Shown one piece after another: positions 59,473 to 64,000 of a stretch of 64,000 nucleotides of DNA (its first letter is position 1; every line of letters begins with the position of its first letter). Under the pieces are notes generated by a model. It ran no database searches, was not told where the DNA came from, and saw only the letters and a program-made list of their open reading frames with translations. The stretch spans positions 2,837,439 to 2,901,438 of the forward strand of contig BQFW01000004.1 of NCBI GenBank assembly GCA_020891255.1. The letters run 5' to 3'. The DNA is from Entomortierella parvispora E1425 (lineage: Eukaryota > Fungi > Mortierellomycota). The position numbers were made by a program, and so were the translations under genes.

Positions 59473-61124
59473 TGCCTAAACCAAGATCGTTTCATCTTGA
59501 GGTAGGCGAGTGCCATAAGCAGGGCAAGGACAGTGAGGAGCCGAAAAATACACGATCCTGTGCTGCGGTTATCTGCTCTTGCGAGACAGATCAATCTCAT
59601 TTAGAAGAAAAAGCGGAGGAACTGCCTTTTGCGATTACCTGCTGAGAAGGCGTCGGAGCGAGGAAGTTCCACGAGACTCGAAAGAAATAGTTGTTCTTTT
59701 GATGTACCTCTCTGTCGAAGCCTTCATCTTTCTTGCCTAGTGAGAGGATAGCCTGTTCAGTTGTCTTTGTCGTGCGTGCCCTTCTCTTCAATCCCTGGAT
59801 CACTGAGGGAAGCAGCACAGATACATGTCAAATGGTAGGGTGCGATCGATGGGTGAACGCGCAGGAAGAGGCTGTGGAGGTAGATTCAGAGCATTCGTTC
59901 ATGGTCGGATTAATGGAGACCCACTTGTCCTTGACTTGGAGCCCTATTCCCAGTGGCACCTGTGGAAACCGGACGCGGAATCCAAAAAAATAAAAAATCG
60001 CGTCTTGACGCGCTTTCCTCTCCGCCAGAGCACAACAAACCGAAGGGACTTCGAGGAAGAGGTCGCACCATCCACTGTGACAACCCTCGCACCGTGCCTG
60101 CATCGAGATGCACATGTCCATCCAAGATCTAAAGAAGGAGCAATCTTGGAGAAGCACTTTGCGGCCGCCGGCACAAAAAAAAAGTCAGTGACTCTTCACC
60201 GTGTTGTCGTTTGTTGTCCGCATCGCATGGACTGATCGTTCCTGAACTCTCTTGCCCTTCTCTTCTCTTTCCTCTTGTCCCTATCTTCTCTTCCCTTCCA
60301 TTCCCTCTCGACAATTATCCCAAGACCATTGTAGAGGGGGAGAAATGCGCGTTGTAGTTTGTTGCCGTTGGGACTGAACTAGTCTCTTTTTCTCTCCCTT
60401 CCCTCCATCTCTCTTTGTCTCTTACCTTCCTAGGCTTGCCATCTCGTCTCTTCCATGCCTCTCATCTCTTCCATACCTCCTCTTCCATTTACAGCATTCC
60501 GTCATGCCGGACAGATGGGTGCTGACCCGACCTTGACTTGTTGGAAACAAATGCCCTTCAGCTCCAGCAGCAGAGGAAACTTCAAAAAAAAAAGGGGACA
60601 AATGTCCTCATGTTCTGACAAGTCGATCCAGGCCATTCCCTGCGGCGCGACAACGAAGAGAAGTGGAAGAAGATATTGCGCTGCCGACTGTGGCATCTAT
60701 CTCCGCATCAGAGTGGACATGTCCATCCAAGGGAGAAGTAATTCTTGGAGGAGCAGTTTACAGCTGCTGGCGAGAAAAAAAAAACCAAGAACCCTAGAGC
60801 AAAAAGGAGAAAGAAACGGTCAGTCCATGCGACAACAAACAAAAAGGGGCCCCTCCTCTTTCGGAACTCACTATCTTCCCTGTTGCTTCTCTCTTCTCTT
60901 CTCTCTTGCTCGTCTCTTCTTCCGCCTTGTCCCTCTCCTCTTCTCCCTCTTTCTCTTCTCTTCTCTTCCGTCTTGTTCCTCTCGTGTCTTCCCCCTCTTC
61001 TCATCTTTCTTGCTCCACCGTTTTCTTCCTCTTATTTTCCTTTGACGGTGTTTTCTTTTCTCTTGAACTTGTCAACTGTCCCTCTCTTCTTCTCTCTCCC
61101 TTCTTTCTCGTCTTCTCTTCTCTC

Positions 61125-61307
61125 TTGTTCGTCAGACTTGATCGTCTCTCGTCTTCTCGTCTCTCTTGTTCGTCAGTCTTGATCGTCTCTCGTCTTCTCG
61201 TCTCTCTTGTTCGTCGGTCTTGATCGTCTCTCGTCTTCTCGTCTCTCTTGTTCGTCAGTCTTGATCGTCTCTCGTCTTCTCGTCTCTCTTGTTCGTCAGT
61301 CTTGATC
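61125..61307. repeat. Subtelomeric 41-bp minisatellite, ~4.5 copies
   Basis: Unit ttgttcgtcagtcttgatcgtctctcgtcttctcgtctctc starts at 61125, 61166, 61207, 61248 and 61289. Confidence 0.95.
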
Positions 61308-61445
61308 ATTTCTTGTCTTCACCTCTCGCACTTTTTGGTCGCACGATGTGAGTTTCGTGCTCGTCCACCCTTCCTCGGGATGACAGCGCAAAAAAAAAAA
61401 AAAAGCACAAAAGGGACCCGCATGGACTGATCGCACCGGGGTCAT

Positions 61446-61962
61446 TTGTCTCAGCTGTTGTTGTCCTCTCGTCCCTCTCTTCTCTTCCTCCTCTTCTCCT
61501 CTTCTCCTCCCTCTTGTTCCTCCTCCCTCTTGTTCCTCCTCTTCTCTTTCCTCTCGTCCCTCTCTTCTCTTTCCTCTCGTCCCTCTCTTCTCTTCCTCCT
61601 CTTCTCCTCTTCTCCTCCCTCTTGTTCCTCCTCCCTCTTGTTCCTCCTCCCTCTTGTTCCTCCTCTTCTCTTTCCTCTTGTTCCTCCTCTTCTCTTTCCT
61701 TTCGTCCCTCTCTTCTCTTTCCTCTCGTCCCTTTCTTCTCTTCCTCCTCTTCTTCTCTTCTCCTCCCTCTTGTTCCTCCTCCCTCTTGTTCCTCCTCCCT
61801 CTTGTTCCTCCTCTTCTCTTTCCTCTTATTCCTCCTCTTCTCTTTCCTCTTGTTCCTCCTCTTCTCTTTCCTCTTGTTCCTCCTCTTCTCCTCCCTCTTG
61901 TTCCTCCTCTTCTCCTCCCTCTTGTCCCTCCTCTTCTCTTTCCTCCTGTCCTCTTCCCTCCC
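61446..61962. repeat. ~520-bp polypyrimidine/polypurine degenerate repeat (units such as ttgttcctcctcttctctttcctc, 24 bp)
   Basis: The + strand is almost entirely C/T with occasional single G. Confidence 0.95.
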
Positions 61963-62119
61963 AAGACCAATGTTCTTTTGGATGGGGCCAGTGCAGCCTC
62001 CATTTGTCAAAAAAAAAAGGCCGAGGGGGAAACGGGCGGTTGTTGTTTATTGGATGGAGCGTCCCTGACCTTGTGTCTTTTTCTCCCGTCTTCTCTAGCC
62101 ATCTCAACCCATCCTCCTT

Positions 62120-62700
62120 TCATCCCTCTCGTCTCTTGCATTCATCTCGTCCCTTGCATTCATCTCGTCCTTTGCATCCATCTCATCCGCACATCCATCT
62201 CGTCTCGCATTCATCATCCGTCTGCGCATCCATCTCATCTCTTGCATCCATCTCATCTCTTGCATCCATCTCATCTCTTGCATCCATCTCGTCTCTTGCA
62301 TTCATCTCGTCTCTTGCATTCATCTCGTCTCTTGCATTCATCTTGTCTCTTGCATCGTTTGACCTTCTCGTCTCCTGCATTCCACAGTTCTTGCATCCCT
62401 CTCTCTTGTCTCTCTTTTTTTGCATCCCTTTCCTCTCATGTCTCTCGTCTCGATTCCTGCATCCTTCCTTTCTCCTCGACTCTTGCATCCATCCTTACCC
62501 TGTCCTCCCGTATCTAGCATCCGTCTTCTTTTTTGGATCTTTCGCCTCTTTTGCATCTCTCGTCTCCTGCCCTTTTCCTTTTTGTATCTCTCTTCTCTGT
62601 TGCATCTCTCTTCTTTGCTGCATCTCTCTTCTCTGCTGCATCTCTCTTCTTTGCTGCATCTCTCTTCTCTGTTGCATCTCATCTCGTGCATCCTTCTCCT
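62120..62700. repeat. Subtelomeric 18-bp minisatellites (catYcatctcRtctcttg at ~62125-62350; tgcatctctcttctYtgY at ~62580-62680)
   Basis: Read directly; they produce the DARDEM/MQEMRW and QQRREM pseudo-peptides in the ORF track. Confidence 0.9.
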
Positions 62701-63719
62701 CCCATGAATCGAGCTCACATCTTTCACCTTTTGCGGCCGCCGTCTCAACCGACCCAATGCATCCAACTCGACTCTTACATCAAACATCAGCGGGTCTTTT
62801 GTGCCCCTGTCTTCGTTTTCGCTCTCTTCTTTTCGTGTTGACGCAAGGTTGGGCGTTTCCTCTCGCTTTCTCCTTCCTTTCTCACGCGTTGCTCGCTACT
62901 CCTTCCCTTTGTCGTCAACAACTTCTTTTACATCTAATCATACGGAGAAAGCTCATTCAATCTAGCCATGAACCAGACTGGACCTGCGACAAACGAGATG
63001 CATGTAGGAAACGTGGTCATTAATTCAGGCGCGCACTTCTCAGGTAAGTCCTCTCTACCATCAACTGCTAGATTTCTCAGCCGCTCAGGTATAGCATGCA
63101 GTAGCGAGGAATGAGTCCGTTCCAGGGCAAAGTCACCGCAGTCTCATGTGTTTTGCGCCCTCGTCTCTGCCCTCTTGTTCCTACTTTTGTCTAGCGTGTA
63201 CAACTTTTAATAAAAAAACTACGTGACAACTGCACGAGCTGATGTTCTTGTCTGCATGCACGATGAGGAGAGTAAACACTGCAGACTTGGCTCTTTTTCC
63301 TTCTCGTACTTCATGAAATGCAGCCACGAATTGTCGTAAGTGGCTAGCTCTCGGCTCCTGTCACCACTTCACTCCTCCATCTTACAGATGAATTTTTTTT
63401 AAAAAAAACGAAATCTAAGAACAGCAATTACGCATCAACTACATTGTCAATCATCGATTTTTCTTTATGAATATAGACCTTTGATGAATAGGAACCTTCC
63501 CATATGAAAATCACCTTGGTCGTCAACGTAGATATCGAGAAATGGGCGTTCGATTTTCAAAAAAAACGAGATTGAAAAATGCAATTGCTCAAGATCCACC
63601 TTATGGAATGACGATGTTTTTGGCCGGGTGGAATACTTGTGAGGGGAGCTATCTTATACACCATATCTTATGTCTCTACGAAGGAAAAAAAGCACCTTGT
63701 TTTTATATCTTCAGAAAAG

Positions 63720-63812
63720 CAAGGCCGAAGCCGGATTCGAACCCGGGAGCAAAAGTAAACAAAAGGATATACCTAATAGTCCAGAAAGTCCAAGCCACCC
63801 AATTTGCCAACA
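63720..63812 (-). promoter_or_regulatory. Pol III internal-promoter-like element (A-box-like, perfect B-box, T4), possibly a tRNA-derived relic
   Basis: On the minus strand, TGGCAAATTGG (63799-63809) is followed by GGTTCGAATCC (63733-63743) and then TTTT. No acceptor stem or anticodon arm can be folded. Confidence 0.45.
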
Positions 63813-63947
63813 TTTCCTTTTTAGGAAATAACAGAAAAATGCATCGTAAGGTCTGTCTGAATAGCGCAAACGATGCATGGACGCTCCAGGACGTCGTTAA
63901 ACGGCTCAAATACGCGAGTTTAGGGCGAATAAACCCTAAAATCAAGG

Positions 63948-64000
63948 TTTAGGGTTTTTTTAGGGTTTTTTAGGGTTTTTTTAGGGTTTTTTAGGGTTTT
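63948..64000 (+). repeat. Telomeric repeat array, unit T6-7AGGG (G-strand on +, chromosome right end)
   Basis: AGGG occurs at 63951, 63962, 63972, 63983 and 63993, separated by T7, T6, T7 and T6, and the array runs to the window end. Confidence 0.93.

Noticed and set aside
61125-61307. Regular direct repeats as a possible CRISPR array
   Set aside because: The units are head-to-tail with no unique spacers, there are no cas genes, and the context is eukaryotic.
61296-63023. Long ORFs on both strands (up to 525 aa) rich in L/S/F/P or E/K/R/G
   Set aside because: They are translations of the polypyrimidine and minisatellite repeats, which lack stop codons by composition.
63931-63941. AAACCCTAAAA as a possible telomerase RNA template
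   Set aside because: It covers barely one unit, sits at the junction itself and has no supporting RNA structure. It is reported only as an inverted seed.

Overview
This is eukaryotic, intron-containing fungal genomic DNA, and the window ends in a chromosome tip: the last ~55 bp are T6-7AG3 telomeric repeats. The telomere unit, the C-ending codon bias, the poly-A/T-rich short introns and the gene families point to an early-diverging fungus, most likely Mortierellaceae (inference, not a database result). Positions ~1-56 kb hold about 19 spliced genes: a protein truncated at the left edge, a Scm3/HJURP-like CENP-A chaperone, mitochondrial aconitase, an Lnt-like membrane N-acyltransferase, a HAL/NPR-family kinase, a divergent DDRGK1-like protein, a long-chain acyl-CoA synthetase, ATG18, IML2/TTC39, a CAP/PR-1-like secreted protein, a DUF3712-like secreted protein, an Mds3-like kelch-BTB protein, transaldolase, GTP cyclohydrolase II, NOP58, an acetyl-CoA transporter, an MBIP-like protein, TOM22 and an ML-domain protein. 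Positions ~56-64 kb are a gene-poor subtelomere with decayed ORF fragments, three related pyrimidine-rich minisatellite blocks, a Pol III A/B-box element and an inverted telomere seed at the junction. The most notable items are the intron-containing bacterial-type Lnt with an intact E-K-C triad, the DDRGK1 homolog lacking both the DDRGK motif and the UFM1-interacting motif, the MBIP-like protein, the repeat-expanded Scm3 and the telomere junction. All family assignments come from motif recognition by eye, and exon coordinates were read manually. No prokaryotic features (CRISPR, IS elements, rRNA) were found.
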